From positions 138,062 through 202,061 of the forward strand of contig CAWJTV010000012.1 of NCBI GenBank assembly GCA_963845755.1: a DNA stretch of 64,000 bases, given 5' to 3'. This DNA comes from an uncultured Planctomycetota bacterium (GTDB taxonomy: Bacteria; Planctomycetota; Planctomycetia; Isosphaerales; Isosphaeraceae). The translations under genes and the position numbers were made by a program. The notes under the pieces are model-generated. The model searched no databases. It was given only the letters and a program-made list of their open reading frames with translations, and had not been told where the DNA came from. This document shows, piece after piece, positions 1 through 14,997 of this stretch (positions are counted from its first letter, which is position 1; each line of letters starts with the position of its first letter).

Positions 1-486
1 TTTCCAGAGCGATGGCGCATGACATGGCGACGATCGCTGAGGTGCCCGGATAGTCTGCCAGAAGCCTTACAGGATGTCGGGGAGTTCGAAGCCGTAAGAC
101 GAGGCAGGCGACGGTGCAAGCGGCAAGCATGGGGGGGACATAGAGGAGAGAATCTCTCACGTATCCGAATCGGTCCGAGAGCGAAACGAACCTCGGGGGA
201 GCGGGAAGGAAGCTCGTCAAGCTCGTTCGGCATAGCGCCAAGCCAACCGCAATCGCCGCCACTAACAAGACTGCGTCGAGGAGGTTGAATCTTCGCATGG
301 CGGTCCGATCTACGACGGCCTCTTGGCAACTATCGCCTCTAGTCCACCCGTTCCAGCTCCGGCCATCGTCCCGCGCCCACCTGTCCGGGTCAACCATGAC
401 CCAGGCTTTACACTTTGGACTATGGCTCTTCAACCCCACAATCCAGGAGCGGTCGCCAGGCAGATCGATGGGCAGAGCACGGCGAT

Positions 487-1238
487 TCAGCGGACGCGGC
501 CGGACTTTCCGAGGCGTTCGAGGGAGTCTCTGGCCACCTCGGTAGGCTGGGCATCGGGATGGCCGGTGGCCATGTCCCTGAGGATGGCGATCGCCTCCGG
601 GGTGCCGATGTGCTCCAGCAGTGCGATGGTGCGCACGATTCGGGTCCACTTCTTCTTGGGGTTGCGCCGATTCGGTTGAGGTCCTCGATCTTGTGGTCGG
701 CCCTCAAGAAACTCTTAAGGGTGCCGAAGTAGAACATGCCGTTCCGGCTCCTCCCGAAATTGACCTCCTGATCCCCGAACCAGCCGGCCTCCTTCCCGCT
801 CATCACCTCGACCATCCGTTTCCTCGCCGGGCTCTCCTTGTAGCGATCCATCAACGTCTCGAGGTCCATCGCCAGCCGCGGATCAAAGTATTCGAGTTCC
901 TCGAAGGCCGGCCTCCAGACTTTCTCGTTCTCGTTCCCCAGCTTTAGTAGCAGCGCCCGTACTGCTCCGGGCGTGATCTTCAGCGGCTTCATCTTCGTCT
1001 TGAGGAACGCGACCGCCTTCTCGCGCCGGTCAGCCAGGCTGAGCAGGGCGCGTATGGCGTCGGTCTCACCCTTCTCCAGATCCGCCCACCAGACATCCGT
1101 CGTGCCTGGGCTGTCCCTCGGGCTCATGCCCGGATTGGCCGCCGGTGGGCGATGCTCAACAGGCTGGATCGTGAACGCAAGCAGCGCTAGGAACAACAAT
1201 GGTAGGAGTCGCATCATCTGGTTCCTTGTACGCCTCAT
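487..1238 (-). CDS. Secreted hypothetical protein, frameshifted near 655
   Basis: Signal-like N-terminus (MMRLLPLLFLALLAF). After a shift the frame continues KWTRIVRTIALLEHIGTPEAIAILRDMATGHPDA to a stop at 487-489. Confidence 0.6.
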
Positions 1239-1409
1239 CGTCTACTTGGGGCGCGGCCGCCAGATGGCAAGTCTGAGTTCTAAATGAGGCTTTACACCGG
1301 GGATTCGACGTAAGTCCCGAAACGAAGCCTCGGATTTCGTTGAGCCGCGACGGTCGAACGCTGCCAGGTTTCGCGGATACGAGCCTGGCCCGACCGTGCG
1401 GACCGACGG

Positions 1410-4400
1410 TCATCGGCGAGGCCCTGGTTCTTCGACGGTTCGCGCGACGGAAGGATCCCAGAGCTTGATCGTGGTGTCGCGACTGGCAGTGAAGAGGATT
1501 CGGCCGTCGGCCGAGAAGGCGACCCAGTCAATCGCATCGTGATGACCGCGGAAGGTGGCTCGCAGCTTTCCGGAGGGCGTGTCCCAGAGGCGGAGCACCT
1601 CGTCCGCTCCGCCCGCGGCAAGGGTCTTGCCGTCGGGGGAGAAGGCCAGGTAGAGGGCCGGCCCGGACAGCGATTTCAGCGTGACGAGGGGCGACCTTGC
1701 CATGACGTCCCAGAGCATGACAGTCGCGGCCTCGGTCGCCGCGGCCAGAGTCTCGACCATCGGGGGTGAATGCCAGTCGCGTGACCCGACCATCGGGCAC
1801 GGGCAGGACCGCGAGCCGTCGACCGGTGGCGAGGTCCCAGAGCCGGACCTCGCCCGAGCCGGACGTCGTGATGGCACCGCTCCCGACCTTGCTGCCACCG
1901 GTGGCAAGGGTCTTGCCGTCGGTGCTGAGCACCACCATGTTCATCCCGCCGGGATGCTGGAAATTGGCCCTCGCCTTGCCGGTCTGCACGTCCCAGAGCG
2001 TCACCAGGCCCGCCGCGTTGGCCCCGACCAGGGTCTTGTCATCGGCCGAGAACTGGACGAGATCCACGCCCCCCTGTCGCCCCGACGGAACGACCGTGGC
2101 CTTGAACGTGCGGGTGTCCCAAAGCTTCACGACCCCGGCGCGACTGGTGGTCGCCAGGGTCTTGCCGTCGTGGCTGAATTCGAGCGCGACGACCTCGCCG
2201 TTGTGCCCGGAGAGCATCGCACGCTCGTGGCCATCGTCGAGGCTCCAGACCTTCGCCTCGACGGTCGGCGGGGCGTCGGGTTGGCGCTGGGGAGCGGGCT
2301 TGCTCTGCGCGGTGGGCTTGGCCACGGGAGCCGGCCGGGCCTGCGCAGCGGGCTTGGCCGCGGGAGCCGGCTGGGGGCGGGCACCAGCTTCGAGGCCTTG
2401 AGCTTTGGGTGCTCAGGGCCTTCACCTTTAGCCGCCGGGCCAGCCGGGCGGGCGGGAGCGGCGGGCGGCTTGACGGCGGCCCGATTGGCGCGGATGCCGG
2501 CCGCCAGCAAGCGGCCGTCCGGTGAGATTCCCATGCAACGGACGCGCGACGTCCTCACTGCCGAGCGTCAATCGCACGCGGCCAGTTCCGATGTCCCAGA
2601 CCTTGATCGTTCCGTCCGCGCCGCGCGTGGCCAGTGTCTTGCCGTTGTCGAGGACCGCCAGGCTCCGCACGATATCGGCGTGACCCCGAAGGGTGGCTCG
2701 CTCCTGGCCCCGGGACGAAGCCGCCGTGCGGACCAAGGACCGGCCTGCCGGCGACACGTCCCAGGCCTCGATCCGCCGTTCGCCGGCCGTGTACAGCGTC
2801 TTGCCGTCGGGGTCGAACGCCAGGCAAGAGACGCCTTCGCCCGCCGACGCGCCGGGCAAGGTGAGTGTCGCGGCGAGGCGGCCCGGGGCCACGTCCCAGA
2901 GCGATACGGTCGGGTCGCCATCGCATGACGAGGCGAGCCGCTTGCTGTCCGGCGCGAATGCGAGAGCCGTGATCGGCACGATGGGCCCGCGGAGCGTCGC
3001 GCGCTCGGTCCATGTGGCGACGTCCCAGAGCCGGACGGTGCGATCCGCCCCGCTGCTGGCCAGGATCTTGCCGTCGGGGGAGAAGACGACGGACAGGGTC
3101 GCCCGGGTGTGACCTTTCAAGTTGGTGAAGGGCACGCCGGCAGCCACGTCCCAGACGGTCACGATGCCGTCGGCGCCCGCGGTGGCAATCGTCGAACCGT
3201 CGGGGGAGACGGAAATCGATCGGGCCACGCTCCTCGATTTCGATTTGAAGGGCCGGAGCGGTTGCTTCGCGTCCAGTCCAAACAAGATAGGCGGCCCGCC
3301 GGCCATCGCCAGCGACCGGCCGTCGGGGGTGAAGGCAATGACCCGGGCGCCGGACGGGTTGACCGGCAGTTGGCCCATCTCGTGCAGGGTGGCGGTATCC
3401 CAGAGCTTGAGCAAATTCGAACCCGAGCCGACGGGGAGCATGGCCAGGATCTTGCCGTTGGGAGAGAGGGCAAGCTGAACGTCCTGGGCTGCGAGCAGGA
3501 TGGGATCGCCCCGCTCCCGGCCCAGTTTCGGGTCCCAGAGCTGAACGTCGCCATTGGTCGTCGCTGATGCGAGCACCTTGCCATCGCGCGAGAGCACCAG
3601 GGATCGGACTTTCGCCTCCACGCCCGCGAACGGCCGAGGCGCGAGCTGGGCGGCCACATCCCAAAGCTTGAGCTGGCCGTCGCCCCCGCCGGTGGCGAGC
3701 GTCTGACCATCGCCGGCGATGGCCATCGCCGCGAGCGGTGTCGGGTGCGCCTCGGTGTGGAGGGCCTGAGCGTGGCCGTCGGCCGCATCCCATCGGCGGA
3801 GCGAGCCGTCGGCACCGCCGGTGAACAGCGACTGGCCGTCGGGCAGGTATGCAACCGCACCGACCGATCCCGAGCGAGACCGCAGCGACGCCCGACCCGA
3901 CGCCTTGGCGAGGTCCCAGAGCCGCGTCGTGCCATCGCGGCTCGTCGAAGCGAGGGTCTTGCCGTCGGGTGCGAACGCCAACGCGTCGATCGCGTCACGA
4001 TGCCCGTCGAGAGAACGGCGAAGCGAGCCTCTAGGCAGGTCCCACACCTTCACTGTCCAATCGACCGATCCTGTGGCGAGCGTCCGGCCATCGGCGGCGA
4101 ACGCCACGCAGGTGATCCCGCTGGTGTGCCGGGCCAGGGTCGTTCGCTCGGCCGCCTTGGCGACGTCCCAGATGATCGCGGCGGCATCCCGACTCCCCGA
4201 TGCGAGGCTCTTGCCGTCGGGCGCGAACGACAGGCAGGTGATCGCACCCTCGTGACCCTTCAGCACGGCCCGCTCACGGCCCGCGGCCAGGTCCCAGAGA
4301 GTGACGACTCGACCGTCACCGCCGAAGGCCATGGTGACGCCGTCTGGGCTGATGGCCAGGGCGCGGACGGTTCCGGAGGGATCGCGGAGCCGACGTCGGA

Positions 4401-5654
4401 TCTCGTGCGTCGTGATGTCCCAGAACGTCACGATGGGACTCTCGGTCGCGGTCGCCACCGTCTTGCCATCGGGCGAGAACGCCAGGGCCAACACCGGCTC
4501 GGGGTGCATCATGATCCGGTCTTGCACGGGACCGGGCGGGCGGAGGCCCAGCCAGACGGCCCGCGTCGTCCCGGACGACGACGTCCCAGAGTCGGATCGA
4601 ACGATCGGCACCGCACGATGGCGAGGGTCTTGCCGTCGGGCGCGAACGCCAGCGCCCGGACCGCGCCCAGGTGGCCCTTCCGATGAGCCCCGATGACCTG
4701 TCGATTCGCCATGTTCACGAACGCGATCGAACCGGGAGACGGCACGGTCGCCCGCGGGTCGGACAGGGCCACGGCCATGATTCCGCCGTCGGGCGCGAAC
4801 GCGATCGCGAGCACGTCGTTTCCGACCGGCAGCGACTGCGGCATGGGTTGTTGCGGTTGCGGAGCTTGAGGCCTTTCTGAGGTTCCCGAGGCGGTTTCGG
4901 TTTGTGCTCGCCGACCGGCCAGAACCGCAACGTCTTGTCCGCGCCTCCCGAGACGACGATCTTGCCATCGGGGGCGAAGGCCACGCACCAAGCCGGTTCA
5001 TTCTGCTTGCCCAGGAGCGTCAACGGCCGATCGACGACCACGTCCCAGAGCCACACCGTCCCGTCGAGGCTCGCCGAGGCGAGGGCCTTGCCGTCGGGCG
5101 CGAACGCCAGGCCCTGGACGCTCGCCTCGTGCCCCTCGAGCGTGCGCAAGGCGCCGGTTCGGCGACATCCCAGAGCCGGATCGTGGTGTCCGGGCTGCCG
5201 GATGCAACGGTCTTGCCATCAGGCGCGAACGCCAGGGCGGTCACGGCACCCGAGTGACCCGAGAGCGTGCCCAGCCCCGCGCCGTCGACGGTCTTCCAGA
5301 GTCGAACCGTCCGATCCTCGCCCGCGGTGGCGATCGTTGTCCCGTCGGACGAGATTGCGACGCGGAGAACCTTGCCCTCATGCCCGCGCAGGTCGGCCCG
5401 CACGGTCCGGGTTGCGACGTCCCAGATCTTGGCCAGCCCGTCGGAGCCAGCCGTTGATCAGCGTCTTGCCGTCGGGTGTGAAGACCGAGCCCGAGGACGT
5501 CGCCGACGTGCCCCTTGGGATTGACCGGGTCGAGAGGCAGCTCATCGGCCCTCATCGGTCCGGCGAGGACCGGCAGGATCAGCAGCGCCGATGCCAGTCG
5601 CCAAAGCGTCTTTGAGGCGCAACGCATTCGTCTTGACGAGCTGTCAAGTCGCAT
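1410..5654 (-). CDS. Large secreted WD40-repeat protein with multiple frameshifts
   Basis: GH...LAFAPDGKTLAS...WD repeats run through successive overlapping ORFs (5241-5654, 5020-5403, 4715-5149, 4509-4991, 2428-5001, 2127-2558, 1528-2325, 1410-1907); hydrophobic N-terminal signal. Confidence 0.85.
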
Positions 5655-5838
5655 CCTTCGAGCCTCCCTCGGTCAATCGATTGGTCGTTGTCTGCTCAGC
5701 GAGCACGGTTTCACGGTCTTGGCGAGATGAAGAGCGACGTTTGTAGCGGAAACACGAGGCGCGATGCGAGCACCCGGCTGTGTCTTGCAACGGCAGCCCG
5801 GTGCTCGCGGAGCGACTCGACTTCGGCTTCACGATCAC

Positions 5839-7441
5839 TCAGTCGCCATTGCGGGCAAGCCGGACAGAGGACGGGGCGACCAGTGACTTGAGGAACGCCT
5901 CGACTTGCTGCCGCTCGCGAGGAGTGAGGGTGAAGAACCGATGCGCCGCGGCTGCGCCCTGGCCCCCATGCATCGCGACGGCCTCTTCCAGAGTCTGGGC
6001 GCGTCCGTCGTGGAGATAGGGGCCCGAGTCGCGGAAGCCCCACAGCGGCGGGGTCTTCCACTCCAGGCGGGTGGCGCCCCGGAGCTGGGGCGACCTCGCG
6101 GGAGCGACCTGCGGATTTCCGGCCAGGTTGGGGACGATCCGAGGAACCAGCGGCTCATCGTCGTCGGAGGTGTCCTCGCCATACGACCCCTCGTCGCCCA
6201 TCTCCTGACCCATATCGTGGAGGAGCAGGTCGCTGTATATCCCCTGGACATTGCCCAGCGAGGGCGTATGGCAATTCGCACAGCCGACGGCTGCGAAGGT
6301 CGTCCGGCCGGCATCGAGGTGCTTGGAATCCGCGCCCGCCGACGTCCGGCGCTCGACCGGCTGGGGCAGGCTCCGCACGTAGGCGACCAGTGCCGAGCAC
6401 TCCTCGGCTGTCAGGTCGAACCCGTCCGTACGATACTTCGGGGCTTGAGGAGTCATGGCCTGATGATGACCGGGAACCTCCAGACCAACCTCGACCGCAC
6501 AGGCATTCAGGACGAAGTCTTCGACGTTGGCGGTCTGGCCTTTCCATCCCAGCCGTCCGATCCGACCGTCCTTGAGCCGGCTGACCCGCCCGCACGTCGC
6601 GGGCGACTCCTTGGCCTGACGTGTCTCCATGGCCAGGATCGCCTCATCCGGGATGGCGTCGATCAGACCGAGTCCGAACAACGGCGTCGGATTGCGCTGC
6701 GACCGCCTGACGAGTAACCCGCCAGCCCCCATGATCGGCTGCCGGTTGGACGCGATGCTCGCGAACACCGCCGAGCGTACTTGATTGAGCCGCGCCGTCA
6801 GCGCGATCGGTGGCCGGGTCACCCCCAGGTCGAACCGAATTCTCGCGAGGATTGAACGTCAAGCCTGTCCTCTCCGCACGAAGAACCGCGGTGGAATCCG
6901 TGGGAACGGAGGGTAAGGGGATGAGGATCGCATCGCCTTGAGATCCGGGCGTCGCGGACCGACTCAGGGCCTGGCTGCGCCATGCATCGTAGTTCGGGTC
7001 GATGCCGAACTTGTGCAGGACGACTGTCCGGCTGGTCCGGAACCCGGCGTGGAAATCGGTCAATCGGTTGGCCGATGTCGGCGAAGGCGGAGCACTGCCC
7101 GAACGGGTTTGGGTCTGAGGATTCCCGAGGTTACGCGATGCGTTGAGGATATCGATGTTCTTGCTCACTGGCCCCGCACCGCCGCTGCCTCCCGAGTTGT
7201 GGCAGGCGACACATGATGAATCGTTGTACACCGGCCCGAGCCCGTCGCCGCCGTGGCTACGCGGGTCGTTCGCGATCCACTCCCGGTTGAAGATCTCGTA
7301 GCCGACCGCGACCGCGTCCGGTTTCTCCGACTTCGAATCGGCTCGGGCCAGGCCGCCACCGATCGATTGAACTGCCACGACGCACAAACCCATCCACACA
7401 AACAAACCGCCGAGTCTCATCGCCGAACGTGTTACCCGCAT
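5839..7441 (-). CDS. Di-heme oxidoreductase (DHOR-like) family protein, frameshift near 6825
   Basis: Signal peptide, GDGLGPVYNDSSCVACH and GCANCH heme motifs, PLFGLGLID, YSDLLLHDMG, WKTPPLWG, PYLHDGRA. Confidence 0.85.
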
Positions 7442-7771
7442 CGCGAGTCCCTCCGTCGAGTGTCGAACAGATCGTCGGCCGTCACCGAGCACGGACTGTC
7501 ATCCTACATCTGTCTGCACCAAATCTCAACGAGTCTTATCAGATCTCCTGACGGACAGGGATTTCGGGGGCCCTCGTTTGCTCGACAGGCGGAATGCCGA
7601 AGCGGTCGCTCGGCTCTGCCACCCAGCCCCAGGGGATTGCTCTGGCCGTTTCATTACTAATGCGCGAAAGAAAACCGTCGCTTATGAAACGGAACATCCA
7701 GTCAGGCGAGACGGTGTCTCGTCTCTGTCCGATGCCATCAAGATGGTGAGCCGTGACACGACTGGAGACCG

Positions 7772-8743
7772 ATGATGACCTCGCGGAAGCTTGCCGCTCC
7801 TGCCACCTTGGCCCTCTTCCTCGTGACGGTCGCAATCTACCTGGTGCAGGTCCTGGCCGGTGTCGATATCCTCGAGCGGGCGATCGGCCTCATACCCGCC
7901 CGCGTCTCCAATCTCGCCACGCTCACGGCCATCGGGAGCGGACAACTGGTCCACGCATGGCTGACCCTCGTCACCTACATCTTCCCGCACGGGGCCTGGT
8001 GGCACGTCACGATGAACATGGCCGGCCTGTGGTTCTTCGGCCGGCTCGCCGAGCCCATCATGGGCACCAAGCGTTTCTTGTTCACCTACGTCGCCTCAGG
8101 TGTAGTCACCGGGCTCGTCATCGTTCTCCTCGGCCCCCACTGGACGACGCCGGCGGCCGGGGCCTCCGGGGCGATTAGCGGGATACTCGGTGCCTTCTTG
8201 GCCCTTCGCCTGCCCCGCTGGCCCATGCGGAGGGACCGCCGCAACCTCGCGGTCCTGGCCATCGAGTCGACGTGTCTACTTGGCATTGTGGCGTGGCTGC
8301 TCGTTCGGACGCCGCCCCAAGTGCCGGACCGCATGTCGGCCTTGATGTGGCACCTCATTCCGTTTCTGGCAGGCTGGCTGTGGGTACGTGCCAGGGGGCA
8401 AGTTGTTGCGGGGACCGACGCCCACTGCCCTTATGGTTGCATAGACCCTCATTATCCCCGGCGACGACGGGGCCGGCTGACAAAGAGCGATGCAGAATCC
8501 CGGCCAATTGCCGATGCAGTTGACAACGACCGGTTTTGGCCTTGGGAGAGCGGCTCAGTCGAACCTCCCCACCGTGAGAAAGTGGATGACGGGCAGGCCG
8601 CCCCCTACCTTCGCCGATTCGATCAAGATCCCGGCCGAGCGACCGTCAGAGAGCTCCAGCTCATAGATCTCTCCCACCTCGGGGACGGCTTGGCCCTCCG
8701 GGACGAGGAAATCCCCTTGCCAGTCCCTCGCCCTCCCGGATGA
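7772..8743 (+). CDS. Rhomboid family intramembrane serine protease (C-terminal tail probably read-through)
   Basis: Several TM segments, H..WWHVTMNM, catalytic GASG, downstream His (MWHLIPF). Confidence 0.8.
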   Translation: MMTSRKLAAPATLALFLVTVAIYLVQVLAGVDILERAIGLIPARVSNLATLTAIGSGQLVHAWLTLVTYIFPHGAWWHVTMNMAGLWFFGRLAEPIMGTKRFLFTYVASGVVTGLVIVLLGPHWTTPAAGASGAISGILGAFLALRLPRWPMRRDRRNLAVLAIESTCLLGIVAWLLVRTPPQVPDRMSALMWHLIPFLAGWLWVRARGQVVAGTDAHCPYGCIDPHYPRRRRGRLTKSDAESRPIADAVDNDRFWPWESGSVEPPHREKVDDGQAAPYLRRFDQDPGRATVRELQLIDLSHLGDGLALRDEEIPLPVPRPPG

Positions 8744-8824
8744 CGGACTCTCCTCGATCGACAGGCGGATGTCGCGGAGGACGATGTTCCCTGCCTGGCT
8801 GATCGTCCCGGTCAGTCCTTCCAT
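8555..8824 (-). CDS. Small hypothetical protein
   Basis: MEGLTGTISQAGNIVLRDI..., GGAGA upstream, plausible composition. Confidence 0.45.
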   Translation of the reverse strand: MEGLTGTISQAGNIVLRDIRLSIEESPSSGRARDWQGDFLVPEGQAVPEVGEIYELELSDGRSAGILIESAKVGGGLPVIHFLTVGRFD

Positions 8825-9147
8825 CGCCGAATCTCCAAGGCTTGAGGACGGATATCCCGCCGGCGGTATGGCGAGCATCCCGCGGCCGGCGGGGTACTTA
8901 TCGACGAGTCTGCAGAGGAGGATACCCGCTCATCCGGGGCCGGGCGATCCGCGGCGGTTTCGGATCGCCGCGATCGGCGGTAGACTGGGGTGGTTCGCCC
9001 CCGGTCAACTCGGGGACACGGGCCCCGATCCCGGAAGGGGACGATGGGGCGGCCCGGCCCTCCGGGGCGCCTACGACTGGCCGTCGGGGCAGGAATGAAC
9101 CCGCCCCGGGACGTCGGATGCCCTCGATCGCCCCCGGAGCCTGTCCG

Positions 9148-11253
<2,106 letters not shown>

Positions 11254-11415
11254 CGCCCTCTATGCGAGTCAAGCTGCGGGGCAGGGGATAGGGCTCAAGA
11301 GATTGCCAGCAGTAGCAAGTGTTATCATCTTCAAAAGAACGCGCGTCGTGTCTCTCGCGGAATGACTTTGGTGCTAGCGAGTCATCGCTGTCGGGCGTAG
11401 GTCAGAGGCGGCACT

Positions 11416-13028
11416 TCATCGAGGAGGCCAGGCGCGCTCCGCCTGCGGCGGATCCCACCAAAGGTCTAGGCCCAGATCAGCGGCCAGCACCGCGGCGGCG
11501 TTGTATCCGCACAAGCCCGTGATGTTGCCCCCCGGATGGGTCGACCCGCCGCACAAGTACAGGCCGCCTACGGGGGTCCGATATTGACCGGCCCCGGGAA
11601 ATGGCCGGTGGTAGCCGACCTGGCCGTCGGACAACGACCCGACGAGGAGATCCCCGCGGCACATGTTTGGCAGGCCGCGCTCCGTATCCAGCGGCGAGCG
11701 GGTGAACGCATCGAGAATCGTCTCCTCGTCCGCCAGGTTCGGGGCGAAGCGCCCCCAAAGGGCGAGCATCGCCCGGCCATGCACCTCCTGAACCGCATCC
11801 CAATTGCGGGCATCCCCCTGCAAGTCGTAGGGGGCCTTCTGCCACATGAACGCGGTGTGCCGGCCTGGAGGGGCCTGGCTGGGGTCGAAGAGGGTCGGAC
11901 ATGCGCCCCACATGATCGCAGGAGGGAACTCGCCCCGCCCGTGCGCCGCCACCATCTCGTGGAATTGGTCCATCCGCTCCAAGCCGAGGATGACCATGAA
12001 TGCCCGGTTCAGTTCCGGCCGTCGCTCCGCGGCTGTATACCGCGGCGGCTCCCGCAGCGCCAGATTCAGGGCGAACAACGGGGCGATCCGGTTGTATCGG
12101 AAACCGGAAGCGGCCTCGCGCGTCGGCCGTGGGGCTGTGTCCGCGTCCAGTAGATCCAGGAACGTCTGCTGAGGGTTGAGCCCGGACGCGACGAAGGCCC
12201 TGGCGGCGATCCGTTCGCCACCGGCCAGCTCCACGCCAGTCGCCCGGCCATCACGGGTCAGGATGGCCTCCGGCTCGACTCCGGTGCGGATCTCCCCCCC
12301 GTGCTCCCGGATATCCTCGACCAGCGCCTCGGCGAGCCGGGCCGAGCCGCCCAGGCACATCTGGGCCTTGTGGCGACCGGCCAAGAGTGCCGCGATCGAG
12401 TGGCCGAAGCCGGGCGCGCGTAGGTCAATCTCCCTCATGCCGTTGAAGAACAAGAGTCCGGCGCGGACCACGTCGTGCTCGAATTCCTCTCGGACAAACT
12501 CCAGCGGCGTGCGCGCCGAGACCTCCAAGAACCGCCGTCCCAGGGCCGAGCGCCGAGTAGCTCTCTTCGCCGCTGGGGCGGCAAAGGCGGCGATTGCACC
12601 TCGGGCAGGATGATCTGCTCGACGATCGGCTGGAACTCCGCGACCCAGCGCCGTAAGGCGGCCGCGTCCCGTGGGGAGAACTCCGCAAACGAGTCCACAG
12701 TTCTGTCGAACTCGGTCCACCACTGAAGAGACCGCCCGTCGGGCAGGATCAGGGCGACGTTGAGCTCGGGCTCGAGATACACGGCCCCGTGGCGGCGTAG
12801 CTCCAGGTCGCGGTACCAGGGCATCATGGTGACGGCCCGGTGGAAGAAGGAATGGATATTGTGCCGGAACCCGGGAAGGCGGGGGTTCTCCACCGTGGCC
12901 AGCCCTCCGCCGGGTACCGAAGCACGGTCCAGGCTCAGGACGCGCAGGCCGCAGCGCGCGAGGTAGGCCTGTAGCACAAGGGCGTTATGGCCGGTGCCGA
13001 GAATGATGCCGTCGTAGTCCGAGCTCAT
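11416..13028 (-). CDS. NAD(P)/FAD-dependent oxidoreductase, phytoene dehydrogenase-like, frameshift near 12545
   Basis: Rossmann ILGTGHNAL...PGGG at the N-terminus; YRTPVGGLYLCGGSTHPGGNITGLCGYNAA at the C-terminus. Confidence 0.85.
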
Positions 13029-13290
13029 GGTCGCCGCTCCTGGGTGTCGGTCGGAGTCGAGCCGGAATGACCGGTCAGGGTTGGCTGGCCGCCGCGAGCG
13101 ATCAGCACAAGCGCAGTCCGGTCAGCATATCAGCCCGGTCAGTATAACAGGGCGCCAATCGGCCCATCGTCGGCGTCAACCATCTCTCCGGGCGTCCGCT
13201 GTTCCATGCTCCCAAGGCGCGAAAAGGCGGCTCGAGTGGGTCGCATCGAGCAACGCAAAATGGCATCGATCGGCTTCGGTGTCGTCGGAC

Positions 13291-13516
13291 GAATGGCACT
13301 AGCTTAAGCGTAAACCCTTGCTACGAAATGGCATGCGTTCGTGGCGGGCGGGTCTTTTGCGGAGAATATGCAAGTATAATCATTTTACCGGTGGCCAGCT
13401 AGCCGGGAAACATAGGGGTTTTAGGTGGCGTCCTGGGAATCAGGCCCAAGGAGCCGGGAAGCCCGATATTCGCAAGTCTAATCGCCATTGGGAGTTGCGC
13501 TAAGCTAGTGCCATTC
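13291..13516. mobile_element. MITE (226 bp) with IS4-like ends
   Basis: Terminal IR GAATGGCACTAGCTTA at both ends; 12-bp direct repeat GTGTCGTCGGAC at 13279-13290 and 13517-13528; no transposase. Confidence 0.85.
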
Positions 13517-13694
13517 GTGTCGTCGGACCGAAGCGCCAGCCAATTGGGCGGGCCTGCTCGAGTCGCTGCAATCTCCTTGACAGCCGCTCCCGCCGCACAA
13601 GACAATGCGGTTCGTCTGGCTGGCGAAGTCCTCGCAGGCGAAGCCGCGACGTCTCTCGCCCCCCCCCGAAAAACTGCACCAGACTGAGGCTGCG

Positions 13695-14525
13695 ATGCTT
13701 GGCATTTGCTTGACGATCGGGCTGGTCATCGCCGGAGAGGCCCAAACGCCAGAAAAGGACGTCAAGACTCGCCCTTGGGCCGTGATCGCCAAGCGGCACG
13801 CGATGGCCTCGAAAGTGTACGCGACGGCCGATCCCGCTCATCCATTCGTTCCGCTCAAGGAACCGGTGTTGCATCGGACCCAGGAAGTCCAAGGGAGCTC
13901 GAAGGGCTCGGTCTTCGTCTGGCTTGAGCCCTCGGGTCAACCGGCGGTGATTTGTGACGTCTGGACGGAAGCCGGCCACCTATGGAACGAGTGGCATTCG
14001 CTGTCCGCGTCTCCACTGCGGGCCGAATCGTCCAATGGGGTGTTGTTCAACGCCACCGGCCCGGGGCTGGAATGGAAGCCGATCCCGAATGCCCCGGCGC
14101 CCGCCGACACGCCGCCGGGGCGCGACCGGCAAGCCCGCCGGCTTGCCGAACGGTTCAGCGCCGACGAGGTCAACCGCAAGAAACAGCGCTTTCGCTTGCG
14201 GCTGCTGACGACGCCGTTGCATCGTTACGACACGATCGACTCGCTGGTCTCACGCGGCGGGGCGATGTTCGCGTTTTGCCAGCAGACCGACCCGGAACTC
14301 CTCTTGCTCATCGAGGCCCGCAAGTCGGGTGCGGGGTATCGATGGGAGTATGCCGTCGCGGGGTTCTCGGACATGGATCTCTACCTGCACCTCGACAGGA
14401 GTGAGGTGTCGCGCGACGTTCCCGCCTTCTCGAGCGGTCGCGGCGTTCACAGCGGCGGTCTGGTTCGGGGCGTCGATACCGCCGCGGAACTCGAAGCGGC
14501 GAAACGCGAGAAACGCGAAGAGTGA
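13695..14525 (+). CDS. Secreted hypothetical protein
   Basis: Signal peptide; motifs EPVLH, EWHSLS, LRLLTTPLHRY, TDPELLLLIEAR; GC-rich codon use. Confidence 0.75.
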   Translation: MLGICLTIGLVIAGEAQTPEKDVKTRPWAVIAKRHAMASKVYATADPAHPFVPLKEPVLHRTQEVQGSSKGSVFVWLEPSGQPAVICDVWTEAGHLWNEWHSLSASPLRAESSNGVLFNATGPGLEWKPIPNAPAPADTPPGRDRQARRLAERFSADEVNRKKQRFRLRLLTTPLHRYDTIDSLVSRGGAMFAFCQQTDPELLLLIEARKSGAGYRWEYAVAGFSDMDLYLHLDRSEVSRDVPAFSSGRGVHSGGLVRGVDTAAELEAAKREKREE

Positions 14526-14659
14526 GCGCGGAAAACGGCGCCACCGTGGATCGACGAGAAAGCATCGGCCCGCAGGCAGAACTCAGGCCAACCCGGAGCT
14601 TAGCCCTCGCGGCGAGCGAGTCGTCGATGGGCCAATTGATTGCGACCGCCAGGCGGCCA

Positions 14660-14958
14660 GACAAACAACGCTCGGCATCGAGGAGCCGGAAGAAGCGCCA
14701 ACGGCCTCCAAGGCCAAGCTCCCCTGGCCGAAAACGCTCCCCGAGCCGGCCCAGGCCATACGGACGGCGCTGGCGACCCGCCGCGACCCCGTCACGCCGG
14801 AGGAGCTCGCCAAGCAATTTCACCGCGCCAGGCTCGACCTGATCGAGGAACTGCTCGATACGCTCGTGTCACTGGGGCAAGCCCGCACCCTGCCCGACGG
14901 CCGCTTCATCGCGGGCATCATCGGGCCGAAGCGAAAGTCCCCGGCGAAATCGGTGTAG
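14660..14958 (+). pseudogene. C-terminal remnant of an MmeI-like DNA methyltransferase/RM enzyme
   Basis: KLPWPKTLPE...VTPEELAKQF...IEELLDTLVSLGQAR resembles the C-terminal tail of that family (recognition from memory); no catalytic part present. Confidence 0.55.
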
Positions 14959-14997
14959 ACATCAGAACAGGCGATCGTACTGCCGCGAGGCGAATTC

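Noticed and set aside
1270..1335. Hammerhead-like hairpins ending in GAAAC
   Set aside because: No CUGANGA core in the right position.
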